64,000 nt of DNA, taken from contig CAVUZH010000013.1 of the NCBI GenBank assembly GCA_963745835.1, positions 160,001 to 224,000 on the forward strand. Direction: 5' to 3'. Made by a program: the position numbers and the translations under genes. The stretch comes from an uncultured delta proteobacterium (GTDB taxonomy: Bacteria > Desulfobacterota > Binatia > UBA9968). Every line of letters begins with the position of its first letter. Within the stretch, counting starts at the first letter, position 1. The notes under the pieces were generated by a model. That model was not told the DNA's origin and did not search any database. It was given only the letters and a program-made list of their open reading frames with translations. Positions 40,816 to 49,787 of this stretch are shown here, in pieces.

Positions 40816-41339
40816 TGGCGTCACTGAACATCGCAGCTGCCGGCCCATTAAATTTTGTGAACAGGCGTAAGATCATTTTTTTTCTTCTACTTTTGGGCGG
40901 GCTGACTGCCCTAACAAGTCCAGCTTTGGCTTCGGAGAGTACCAAGCATTCCAAGCTCTCAAATAAGGAGCTTAAGAGTCGAGCATTGACCGTAGTCAAG
41001 GCCGTTAGGAAACTCGTTTATTCCTATAATGACAAAGATCGCGATCTAACTAGCGACTTTGACGCAGAATATTTGACGACGCGAACAACCGAACGAAAAT
41101 CTCTGCGAGATCAATGGCACAAAAAGGTGGAGGACGCGCAGGCGTCCTCGGTACGCGATTACCGGCAAAACTATGCATCAGACGCCGCCCTGTTGAGAGA
41201 AGAACTGCAGAGGAGACTGCCCAAAGGCCTGCAACGGCGAGACTTGCCGAAGCTCTATTCAAATCCGACGAATGTGCTGGCCCTTGAACTGATTGCCGAC
41301 GAACTGGAGCTCCTTGCTAAATCACTTCCTGAGACTTGA
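40812..41339 (+). CDS. Hypothetical exported helical protein
   Basis: Signal peptide ending ALA-S; ATGA overlap with the upstream ORF. Confidence 0.7.
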   Translation: MMASLNIAAAGPLNFVNRRKIIFFLLLLGGLTALTSPALASESTKHSKLSNKELKSRALTVVKAVRKLVYSYNDKDRDLTSDFDAEYLTTRTTERKSLRDQWHKKVEDAQASSVRDYRQNYASDAALLREELQRRLPKGLQRRDLPKLYSNPTNVLALELIADELELLAKSLPET

Positions 41340-41365
41340 TCTTCAACGGAATTACCAACACCCAG

Positions 41366-41608
41366 CTAACTTGACCTTCTTAGGCGCTTACGCGGATTCT
41401 CGGGTTTCATCAAGGCTGAGCGTATGAAGTAAGGGTCCACATTTATGAGCTGACAAGCCCATATAAAGCTGCCGACTTCGTCGTTCGACGAGGCAAGCCA
41501 ATGTTTAGCGTAACGTTTGTCCGATGGAGCTTTCGACAAAGCTGGCGCTTCCGAGTCGCGAATCGCTTGAATGATGACGTGCGTCCAAAGCTGTGCTTCA
41601 GGCAACAT
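41366..41608 (-). CDS. Small hypothetical protein
   Basis: GAGGAG RBS; EAQLWTHVIIQAI..W..SFIWACQLINVDPYFIR. Confidence 0.7.
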   Translation of the reverse strand: MLPEAQLWTHVIIQAIRDSEAPALSKAPSDKRYAKHWLASSNDEVGSFIWACQLINVDPYFIRSALMKPENPRKRLRRSS

Positions 41609-41629
41609 AAATACTCTCCTCAGGAGGTT

Positions 41630-42025
41630 TCACCCGCCAAAATGGCTTAAAATAGAGATCCGCTTTTTTAGGCGTATACGGGGCATGAAAGCCGGATCGC
41701 CACACCAGGACCAATCATCCGAAGGAGTTTCCACGTTGATAACATGGCCTTTGCTGGTTGGCTTCTCCGGCAACCCGTACAAAAAGCCCCATCTATCCAT
41801 GCCGGTCAATAATCCGTCATACGGAGAGATCTGCTGCGCTTCCCCGATCTCATTGGGAGATGGATTACTCTCGGGAACATCGCTGCGCAAGGTAGTCCAT
41901 GTCTCATGCCCCAGTAAGGACCTCACGTCCGACACACTTTCTTCGGAATACGATCCATTTTCCTCGGTCCATAGCCGATTCCGGCGCCAGTGAGTTCCGG
42001 TTTCGAATTCAGTGACTTCAATCAT
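41630..42025 (-). CDS. Hypothetical protein
   Basis: 131-aa ORF with GAGGGAG RBS; a weak sigma-54-like site (TGGTCTCCTCGTTGCT, 42076-42091 minus) lies upstream. Confidence 0.55.
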   Translation of the reverse strand: MIEVTEFETGTHWRRNRLWTEENGSYSEESVSDVRSLLGHETWTTLRSDVPESNPSPNEIGEAQQISPYDGLLTGMDRWGFLYGLPEKPTSKGHVINVETPSDDWSWCGDPAFMPRIRLKKRISILSHFGG

Positions 42026-42820
42026 TAAGCTCCCTCGCTTCCAATCATATTTCGTTTGCGATCATCCTTACATTGAGCAACGAGGAGACCAGGAACGTCT
42101 GGTAACAAGATAAGATTCGCGGGAATTCTCGAGAAACATGCTAGTCCCGCATCCGAGAATGGACCGCTAGCGCCTGTCGCACGAGCGAAACAGAATGGGG
42201 CGAGTTCAGGCTAATCCCATCGGGTTTGTCCCGAGACATCCGCCCGTCTTATCAGTGTTGATGGCATCCTTCTCCCGAAGCTGCGCGTTAAATTATTTAT
42301 TGCGGTTAAGATGCCGGCTGGATTATGATTGGCTATGGGCAAAAAAGAAAAGAAGCCGATCTCTATAGGACCGCAGTTCTACACACTTCTCTCCCTTACG
42401 GATACGATCGTTGCAGAACTGCGCTGGGGTAAGAAGAAAAATAACCGATTAGCTAAAGTTGCCGATCCGTTGACTGCAGAACCGCGCCTGATAAGAAAAC
42501 GCCTGAGCGGCAAGCTAAAAATAGAGCGGCTTTAATCAGCTCCGTAAGTAATCCGCCAACCTTGATCGTTGTGTACGAACTTGATTGAGAGGCGACATGG
42601 GAGAGTTCTTACAAAACAACCTCGACTGACTGGCGTGCTGCTAACCCCACGCTAGCAAACCGAAGCGCCTTAACCTTTATTTTACAGGCCAGCGAACCAG
42701 CTAGCATCGCCTATCTAACTAAAGATATTCGTAACAACTCACGAGAGAACGTCAAGTGAGTTGATACTTCGAAACCCGCCAAACAATCGTAGCCCTGCCG
42801 TCTCTCCCCTGCACCGATAA

Positions 42821-43024
42821 TCAGGACCTTTTTGGCGGCGATCCTTCCTCGTGAAACCACTCGCATTTGCCGTCACGATGCTTCTGAATACAGCCATTGC
42901 AGAAGCTATACGGCGGATCCGAGCTGTCTCGTTGCTCGTAGCCCGATTGAGGCCAGTGCTCGCAGTTTCTGCAAAAGTGCCATACGTTCTCCCTGGGTAG
43001 CTTTCGATACAAGGTTTTCGTCAC
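42821..43024 (-). CDS. Small Cys-rich (CxxC...CxxC) protein
   Basis: GAGGTG RBS before GTG 43024; WHFCRNCEHWP...FCNGC...C. Confidence 0.65.
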   Translation of the reverse strand: MTKTLYRKLPRENVWHFCRNCEHWPQSGYEQRDSSDPPYSFCNGCIQKHRDGKCEWFHEEGSPPKRS

Positions 43025-43501
43025 GGGATCACCTCGAAGTCCGTCAGGATGTTTAGATCTCGCAGGGGTTAAATGATGCAGGGGACTAGCGATTCTTAGG
43101 GTTATGCTGTCGGAGAACGAAAACAGGCAGATAGATAACAAGGGATTAACGGCAATCAGCCGCTGTATAGCTCTCATGTTCTCGCCGTCGGGCCGATGAT
43201 CCAGCATGTAAACCGGGGCGGTAATACACCTCGGGTACGCCTCTGTCAACACCTCTGTCCGTACGATTTCATAGGCAAGCGGTTAGCCTCCGGCAAGGGG
43301 CTTTGCCTAGCAGAAGTATAGTCTGAGGAACCGAAATTCAACGAATGCGGCGCGAAGAGAGCTTCAACCGCGAAAGCTGCCGGCCGGACAGATCGCCAGA
43401 CTGGATTAAACTGAGGTTAGCGATGGACTGGCTCCTCGCAAATTGTTATCGATATTGCTACAGAGAAACGGGTGCCCACCTAAAAGCAACAGGCTTGCTC
43501 T

Positions 43502-43596
43502 GGAGAAGGAAGGTGCCCGGTGGTGCCGCTGGTCTTCAAAACCAGTCTGGGGGCCGTAAGGTTCCCGGAGGGTTCGACTCCCTCCCTTCTCCGCCA
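43502..43596 (+). tRNA. selC: tRNA-Sec (anticodon UCA)
   Basis: 95 nt; 8-bp acceptor stem GGAGAAGG/CCTTCTCC, 6-bp D stem with 4-nt loop, anticodon loop CTTCAAA, long variable arm, GAGGG-TTCGACT-CCCTC T arm, G discriminator and CCA. Confidence 0.97.
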
Positions 43597-43612
43597 GATA
43601 TACCGTCACTCG

Positions 43613-45262
43613 TCATGCGCTCGCCGTGAAAACCGCTTGCAGGATCTGCCAGGCTTCGTCTTGGATTTGCTTGAGATGTTCCTCACTGCGCATGCTTTCT
43701 GCGTAAATTTTGCACAGGTCTTCAGTTCCCGATGGGCGCACGGCGAACCAGCCGTTTTGTGAAACGACTTTAAGCCCGCCGATCTCAGCATTGTTGCCTG
43801 GCGCTCGCGTCAGCTTAGCGATGATCGCTTCGCCCGCCAATTGCTCAGCCGACAACGTCTCAGGAGTGAGCTTTTTAAGCGCCGATTTTTGTGTCGCGGT
43901 TGCCGGGATATCGCTGCGCGCGTAATAAGGTCTGCCGAGATCTCCAACAATCTCTTCATAGCGTTCGGCGGGATCTTTTCCCGTCCGCGCGATGATCTCC
44001 GCCGCGAGCAGGCAGAGAATAATTCCATCCTTGTCGGTGGTCCAGACCGACCCGTTGCGGCATAGAAAACTGGCCCCGGCGCTTTCCTCGCCACCGAAGC
44101 AAATCGTGCCGTCAAGCAGCCCTTGTGAAAACCATTTGAAACCGACCGGTGCTTCGAAAAGCTTGCGCCCGCGTAAATCCACTACTCGGTCGATCAGTGA
44201 ACTGCTCACCAGAGTTTTGCCGACCGAAGCGCGGGGACTCCAATTCGACCGGTTGGCTAGGAGATAATCAACAGCCACCGCCAGATAGTGATTGGGATTC
44301 ATCAGCCCAATGCCCGGCGTGACGATGCCGTGGCGGTCGGCGTCGGCATCATTGCCCATAGCTACCTGGTAGTGATCCTTCAGATTCACCAAGCTCGCCA
44401 TCGCGTAGGGGCTCGAACAATCCATCCTGATTTTCCCGTCGTGATCGAGCGTCATGAACTTAAAAGTCGGATCGATTTGCGTATTGACCACCGTCAGGTC
44501 CAACCGGTATCGCTCGCCAATGGCTTGCCAGTAAGAGACTGCCGCACCGCCTAGAGGGTCAATGCCGATATTTACGAGACTTGCGCTGATTGCTTCCATG
44601 TCGACAACTTCGATCAGATCATCGACATAGGGCGTCAGCAAATCTTCTTGATGAACGTTGACTGCACGAAGCGCAGCATTATAAGAGAGCCGTTTCGTTT
44701 CCCGATTGCCCTTCTTCAATAGATCGTTGGCGCGCTGCTGAATCCAGTCGGTCACGTCAGTATCGGCGGGGCCGCCGTTGGGCGGGTTGTACTTAAATCC
44801 GCCATCCGCCGGCGGGTTATGCGACGGTGTCACGACGATGCCGTCGGCAAAACCATTTTTTTTATTGCCGTTGTAATTCAGAATTGCTCGGGAGATCGAT
44901 GGCGTCGGCGTAAAGCCATCGTCGCGCTGGATCACGGTTTCGACTTTATTGGCCGCGAGAACCTCGAGGGCGGTGCGCTGCGCCGGGCCGGAAACCGCGT
45001 GAGTGTCCTTGCCCATAAAGAGCGGCCCGGTTATTTTCTGGGTGGCGCGATAATCACAGATTGCCTGAGTCATCGCCAGGATATGCGCCTCATTGAGTGA
45101 GGTATCCAGCGCGTTTCCACGGTGACCGCTCGTGCCGAAACTCACTCGTTGCAATGGATTATCAATGTCGGGAGTTCGGTCGTAGTATGCCCTCTCGAGT
45201 TCGCCAACGTTGATCAGAACTTCCTGGGGCGCGGGTTTTCCCGCCAAAGGATGAATACTCAT
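43613..45262 (-). CDS. pgm: Phosphoglucomutase (alpha-D-glucose-1,6-bisphosphate-dependent)
   Basis: FGTSGHRG, TPSHNP, DADADRH, GEESAG, RPSGTE. Confidence 0.97.
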   Translation of the reverse strand: MSIHPLAGKPAPQEVLINVGELERAYYDRTPDIDNPLQRVSFGTSGHRGNALDTSLNEAHILAMTQAICDYRATQKITGPLFMGKDTHAVSGPAQRTALEVLAANKVETVIQRDDGFTPTPSISRAILNYNGNKKNGFADGIVVTPSHNPPADGGFKYNPPNGGPADTDVTDWIQQRANDLLKKGNRETKRLSYNAALRAVNVHQEDLLTPYVDDLIEVVDMEAISASLVNIGIDPLGGAAVSYWQAIGERYRLDLTVVNTQIDPTFKFMTLDHDGKIRMDCSSPYAMASLVNLKDHYQVAMGNDADADRHGIVTPGIGLMNPNHYLAVAVDYLLANRSNWSPRASVGKTLVSSSLIDRVVDLRGRKLFEAPVGFKWFSQGLLDGTICFGGEESAGASFLCRNGSVWTTDKDGIILCLLAAEIIARTGKDPAERYEEIVGDLGRPYYARSDIPATATQKSALKKLTPETLSAEQLAGEAIIAKLTRAPGNNAEIGGLKVVSQNGWFAVRPSGTEDLCKIYAESMRSEEHLKQIQDEAWQILQAVFTASA

Positions 45263-45464
45263 CTATCTACTCCTCCTGCCACCGAATTGATCCCACACCA
45301 CTGCCGAACAAGACTTAATTTAAACGTTTAGCCGGGTATGCTCCAGAGGCTAATTTTTTTGGCGCAGGGGAGCCGCCGCCGGCCCGGGACTACTCACCTT
45401 GGCGAGTGATGTCGGTCAACCACAAAACACAGTTGCAACAAGGAAGCATAGAGAAAGAAAGGCT

Positions 45465-45494
45465 AGGGGATGGCGACCATGGTCACCATCCCCT
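45465..45494 (-). terminator. Intrinsic terminator of the metallothionein gene
   Basis: AGGGGATGGTGACC/GGTCGCCATCCCCT hairpin followed by GCCTTTCTTTCT on the minus strand. Confidence 0.75.
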
Positions 45495-45499
45495 GGGTG

Positions 45500-45658
45500 T
45501 CACTGACAATCGGCGTGACCGCATTCACAATCACCGGAATCCGATTGGCTGGCATCTGCACAGTGCTCGCTGCAGAAAGTTTCTCCGTGGCGGGAAACGC
45601 CCTGTCCTTTCTCCAGCGCACAATCACAATCTGGATGAGCGCAGCTCTCTTCCGCCAT
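45500..45658 (-). CDS. Bacterial metallothionein, 52 aa, not in the ORF track
   Basis: AAAGGAGGTG RBS; MAEESCAHPDCDCALEKGQGVSRHGETFCSEHCADASQSDSGDCECGHADCQ (8 Cys, 4 His) follows the BmtA/SmtA-type pattern. Confidence 0.9.
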   Translation of the reverse strand: MAEESCAHPDCDCALEKGQGVSRHGETFCSEHCADASQSDSGDCECGHADCQ

Positions 45659-45764
45659 TTTAACTCACCTCCTTTCTGTCCGGCTTTTTCCCGACTAAAT
45701 CCAACCTCGGTCTATGCATCCGAGCGATGGGTCGTTCTATAGCGTTGCCCTTCACCAGATCGGA

Positions 45765-45780
45765 CGCAGAGATCATGCCA
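45765..45780 (-). promoter_or_regulatory. Putative sigma-54 promoter of the metallothionein gene
   Basis: Minus strand TGGCATGATCTCTGCG (GG-N10-GC). Confidence 0.6.
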
Positions 45781-45958
45781 GTGACAGGCAGCGCAAATTC
45801 AGAGTATTCGCGCAAGAATGATTAAATTGTGACGTCGTGACTCCGCTGCTGTGTTGATGTCGGGACAAAACTTTATTCGGCTTACCTGCGGTTATCTAGA
45901 CCACCGTGATGCTTTGGTTAGAGTCCCAACAGTCTGGCGGCGCGCAGGAGCAGAAATC

Positions 45959-46084
45959 ATGGAACTTAGCTTCGCAGTACTATCCGGTTTTATCGCTGCT
46001 CTGATTGCACCCTCGCTAGACCGAATCGCGCGCGACTCCACCGGCTGGCTGCTGGCTGTTTTTCCATCGATCTTGTTCGTGTAA
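45959..46084 (+). pseudogene. Truncated N-terminus of an MrpA/MnhA-like antiporter subunit
   Basis: AGGAG RBS; AVLSGFIAALIAPSLDRIARDSTGWLLAVFP resembles MrpA-type N-termini, then stops after 41 aa. Confidence 0.5.
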
Positions 46085-46331
46085 TCTTGTCTGTGCGCGC
46101 CGCCGAGCACTTGATGGATACAAGCGAATACATTCGAGCCGTTCTCTCCCAACAAATTAGAGTACAATCGTGAAGGAGGTGAAAGCATCTGCCTGAACTT
46201 ATTTTCGCTGCGCAGAGCTTGCTCTCATCGCAAGAATGTTGAACTCTGCTCGGGGAGCGACGAAATATTCCGGCCGCCGTTATCATTAGTGGTGACGAAT
46301 TGCTTGGCCGATCACGATTAAGGAGGATCGC

Positions 46332-47870
46332 ATGTCTAAAAGGAATAACGAAATCAGCCGGCGAAATTTTTTAAAAGGATCAGCCGCGCTTGGCGCAGGC
46401 CTCATCACCACCCCTTATCTGTTTCGCAATGCTTTTGCCGCTTCCAGAGACCGCATTACGATCTATCAGAACACCGTTGCCGATTCGATCAATCCCTACA
46501 ATCAAAGTTCCGGCTCGATCTATGGCAACTGGCAGCACGTCATCGAACCGCTGGTGGAACTGGATTACACAAAAAAGACCTGGGTCGGCGTCCTTGCCGA
46601 GTCCTGGGAGTTCAAAGGAAAACAATGGGTGTTCAAGCTCAAAAAGGGCATCAAATTTCACAATGGCGCGCCACTGACATCCCAAGACGTGGTGTTCTCG
46701 GTCGAAAGGATGCGCGATCAAAAGGGCGGCAGCCTGCAAGCCTCGAACTTCAATGATGTCACTGAAATACAAACGCCGGATGATCAGACCGTCGTCTTCG
46801 TAACCAAGCAGCCTCTGGCAGTTTTCTTGGACCGTTTGAGAAACCGCTTCATCGTCAGCAAGGTTGCCGGCGACAAATACGGCGACCAGCTGTATCAGAA
46901 TCTGGTCGGCACCGGTCCTTATAAATTCGTCAGCTTTCAGCGCGGCGGTAATCTGGTTTTCATCCGCAACGACGATTACTGGGGCGGCAAAGCGGCGATC
47001 AAAGAAGTTGTTTTTCGCAAGGTCACCGAAGACGCCGCGCGCCTTGCGGCATTGGAATCAGGCCAGGCCGATTTCATTAACGCCATTCCGGTCCATGAAG
47101 TCGGCAGATTAGAGCGTCATCCGCGCATCAGGGTCGATAAGATCGAAGGCCTGGAGATGTATTTTCTTATGATGAACGTCGCCTACAAGCCCTTTGACAA
47201 CAAGCTGGTGCGTCAGGCTGTCAATCACTGCGTCGATGCATCGGCTATTGTCAAAAACATCTTTGACGGCATCGGTTATCCGATCGACGGCCCGGTCGGA
47301 CCGCACGTCATCGGCTCTGATCCGAAACTCAAACGCTATCCCTATGATCCCAACAAAGCTAAGGCGCTATTAGCGCAAGCCGGATACACCGATGGCTGTG
47401 ACGTGCAGCTCTATTATTCCGCCGGCCGCTATGCCAAAGACAGAGAAGTCTGCCAGGCAGTGGCGGCTCAGATGGTCAAAGGCGGCTTCAGAGTCGAGCT
47501 CATCTCTCAAGAATGGGCTCTGTTTTGGGGACAGGAAGGAGTCAACGGCGGCAAGCTCCCCTTCTATTATAACAATCGCGGATCTTTGACCGATGCGGAT
47601 ACCTTCTACGACCAGTATTTTCGCACAGGCACCACCAAGCGGTGCAATTACAGCAACCCGTCTTTCGACAAGATCATCGATGAAGAGCAAATGATCCCCG
47701 ACATTAAGAAACGGATCGCGTTGCTGCAACAGGCGGGAAAGATTCTTATGGAAGACGCGCCGTTCGTACCGCTCTACAATCTCGCATCCATCTACGGCGC
47801 GGCGAAGAATCTGGCTTGGCGGATGAGACCGGATGAGAAGGTGCTCGGCTGGGATATGAAGATCGTCTAA
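46332..47870 (+). CDS. ABC transporter substrate-binding protein family 5, Tat-exported
   Basis: SRRNFLK Tat motif, LAESWE, GIKFHNG, GTGPYKF, PFDNKLVRQA. Confidence 0.95.
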   Translation: MSKRNNEISRRNFLKGSAALGAGLITTPYLFRNAFAASRDRITIYQNTVADSINPYNQSSGSIYGNWQHVIEPLVELDYTKKTWVGVLAESWEFKGKQWVFKLKKGIKFHNGAPLTSQDVVFSVERMRDQKGGSLQASNFNDVTEIQTPDDQTVVFVTKQPLAVFLDRLRNRFIVSKVAGDKYGDQLYQNLVGTGPYKFVSFQRGGNLVFIRNDDYWGGKAAIKEVVFRKVTEDAARLAALESGQADFINAIPVHEVGRLERHPRIRVDKIEGLEMYFLMMNVAYKPFDNKLVRQAVNHCVDASAIVKNIFDGIGYPIDGPVGPHVIGSDPKLKRYPYDPNKAKALLAQAGYTDGCDVQLYYSAGRYAKDREVCQAVAAQMVKGGFRVELISQEWALFWGQEGVNGGKLPFYYNNRGSLTDADTFYDQYFRTGTTKRCNYSNPSFDKIIDEEQMIPDIKKRIALLQQAGKILMEDAPFVPLYNLASIYGAAKNLAWRMRPDEKVLGWDMKIV

Positions 47871-48098
47871 TACGGCTGCATCGCAAGCTCGATCACGAGG
47901 ATTTACAGCGGGACGATTTAGTCGGGCTTACGATAGGATGTTTTGGAATACTCACCTGTAAAACCCCGCTGTGTTTCACTGCTCAACTCGGCGCTTTTGC
48001 GCCTTCGCGCGAGATATCCCGCCTTACACTTGCGGCAATGACGCGTTGGTTCTTTATGGTGACAAATAGGTTGGCCAATCACTAGCGAGGAGGATCGC

Positions 48099-49637
48099 AT
48101 GTCTAAGAAAAGTACATTAACCAGCCGTAGAGATTTTCTGAAAAAAAGCGCGACAATAAGCGTCGGCGCCATCATGGCGCCCTACATACATCGCCATGCC
48201 TTCGCGGCTTCGAGAGACCGGGTCACCATCTATCATTCGACGGTGGCCGACAACGTCAATCCCTACAATCAAAGTTCCAGTCCAATCTACGGCAACTGGG
48301 AGCATGTCATAGAGCCTCTCGTTGAATTCGATTACGCAAAAAAAGTCTGGATCGGCGTGCTCGCCGAATCGTGGGAATTTCAGGGAAACCGCTGGCAGTT
48401 CAAGCTTAGAAAAGGGATCAAGTTTCACAATGGCGCGCCACTGACGTCCAAAGACGTCGTCTTTTCAGTGGAAAAAATGCGCGATGCAAAAGCCGGTAGC
48501 TTACAATCGTCAAACTTCAAGGAGGTTACTGAAATACAGACGCCGGACGACGAGACTGTTATATTCGTGACCAAGCAACCTTTGGCAATTTTCTTGGATC
48601 GGTTGAGCAACCGATTCATTAGCAGCAAGGTAGCTGCGGACAAGTACGGTGATCAATGGTTTCAAAACCCAATCGGCACCGGCCCGTATAAATTCGTCAG
48701 TTTCCAGCGCGGCGGTAATTTGGTCTTCACGCGCAACGACGACTATTGGCGCGGCAAAGCAGCGATCAAAGAAATTGTCATCCGGAAGGTTACCGAAGAT
48801 GCGGCGCGCCTCGCGGCGCTGGAGGCAGGCCAGGCCGACTTCATCAATGCTGTGCCGGTCCATGAAGTGCCGCGATTGCAACGTCATCCGAGGATTAGAG
48901 TTGATAGCATAGAAGCGCTGCACATGTATTTCCTGATGATGAATGTCGCCCATAAGCCTTTTGACAACAAGCTGGTGCGGCAGGCGGTTAATTATTCTGT
49001 CGATGCCCCAGCGATCGTAAAGAATATCTTCGACGGCATCGGCCATCCGGTAAATGGGCCGATCGCATCGAGTATCATCGGCTCCGATCCGACACTGAAA
49101 CGCTATCCTTACGATCCCAAAAAGGCGAAGCAACTATTAGCACAGGCAGGCTATACTGAGGGCTGCGATGTGCAGCTCTACTATTCCACTGGTCGATACC
49201 CGAAGGACAGAGAGGTATGTCAGGCAGTCGCGGCCCAGATGACCAAAGGCGGTTTCAGAGTGGAGCTGATCTCTCAGGAGTGGGCTCTGTTCTGGGGATC
49301 GGAAGGCGTCAACGGCGGTAAGCTACCCTTTTATTACAACAATCGCGGCCCGCTAGTTGATGCCGATACGTTTTACGACCAGTATTTTCGCACAGGCACC
49401 ACCAAGCGATGCAATTATAGCAACCCGGAGTTCGACAAACTCATCGAGGAAGAGCAAAAAGCAGGTGACAACAAGAAACGTGTCGCCTTGCTGCAACAGG
49501 CCGGAAAGATTCTCATGGAGGATGTGCCGTTCGTGCCGCTCTACCATCTTGCAAATATTTATGGCGCGGCAAAAAATTTAGCGTGGGAGATGAAACCTGA
49601 TGAGAAAATTCTTGGCTGGGATATGAAGATCTCATAA
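48099..49637 (+). CDS. ABC transporter substrate-binding protein family 5 (tandem paralog)
   Basis: SRRDFLK Tat motif; same 512-aa length and long identical stretches with 46332. Confidence 0.95.
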   Translation: MSKKSTLTSRRDFLKKSATISVGAIMAPYIHRHAFAASRDRVTIYHSTVADNVNPYNQSSSPIYGNWEHVIEPLVEFDYAKKVWIGVLAESWEFQGNRWQFKLRKGIKFHNGAPLTSKDVVFSVEKMRDAKAGSLQSSNFKEVTEIQTPDDETVIFVTKQPLAIFLDRLSNRFISSKVAADKYGDQWFQNPIGTGPYKFVSFQRGGNLVFTRNDDYWRGKAAIKEIVIRKVTEDAARLAALEAGQADFINAVPVHEVPRLQRHPRIRVDSIEALHMYFLMMNVAHKPFDNKLVRQAVNYSVDAPAIVKNIFDGIGHPVNGPIASSIIGSDPTLKRYPYDPKKAKQLLAQAGYTEGCDVQLYYSTGRYPKDREVCQAVAAQMTKGGFRVELISQEWALFWGSEGVNGGKLPFYYNNRGPLVDADTFYDQYFRTGTTKRCNYSNPEFDKLIEEEQKAGDNKKRVALLQQAGKILMEDVPFVPLYHLANIYGAAKNLAWEMKPDEKILGWDMKIS

Positions 49638-49787
49638 CGCGAACGGGTAGATCAACCAGGAACGAAAACTAGCAAGAAGGCGTCTAAAGATAACTCTATC
49701 ACCTACGGCGAGAACTTCGGATTGCGATTGTTTTTATCTGAGACTGATTCGGACGGCTAGTTTTCATCCGACGATCAAGGCCGCTGG

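Noticed and set aside
39940-43620. Prophage or ICE integrated at selC
   Set aside because: No integrase, phage genes or duplicated tRNA 3' end were seen, and pgm directly follows the tRNA 3' end.
45465-45502. Selenocysteine read-through of the metallothionein UGA with a downstream SECIS
   Set aside because: The protein already ends at the usual C-terminal Cys cluster, and the hairpin is followed by a U-rich tract typical of a terminator.
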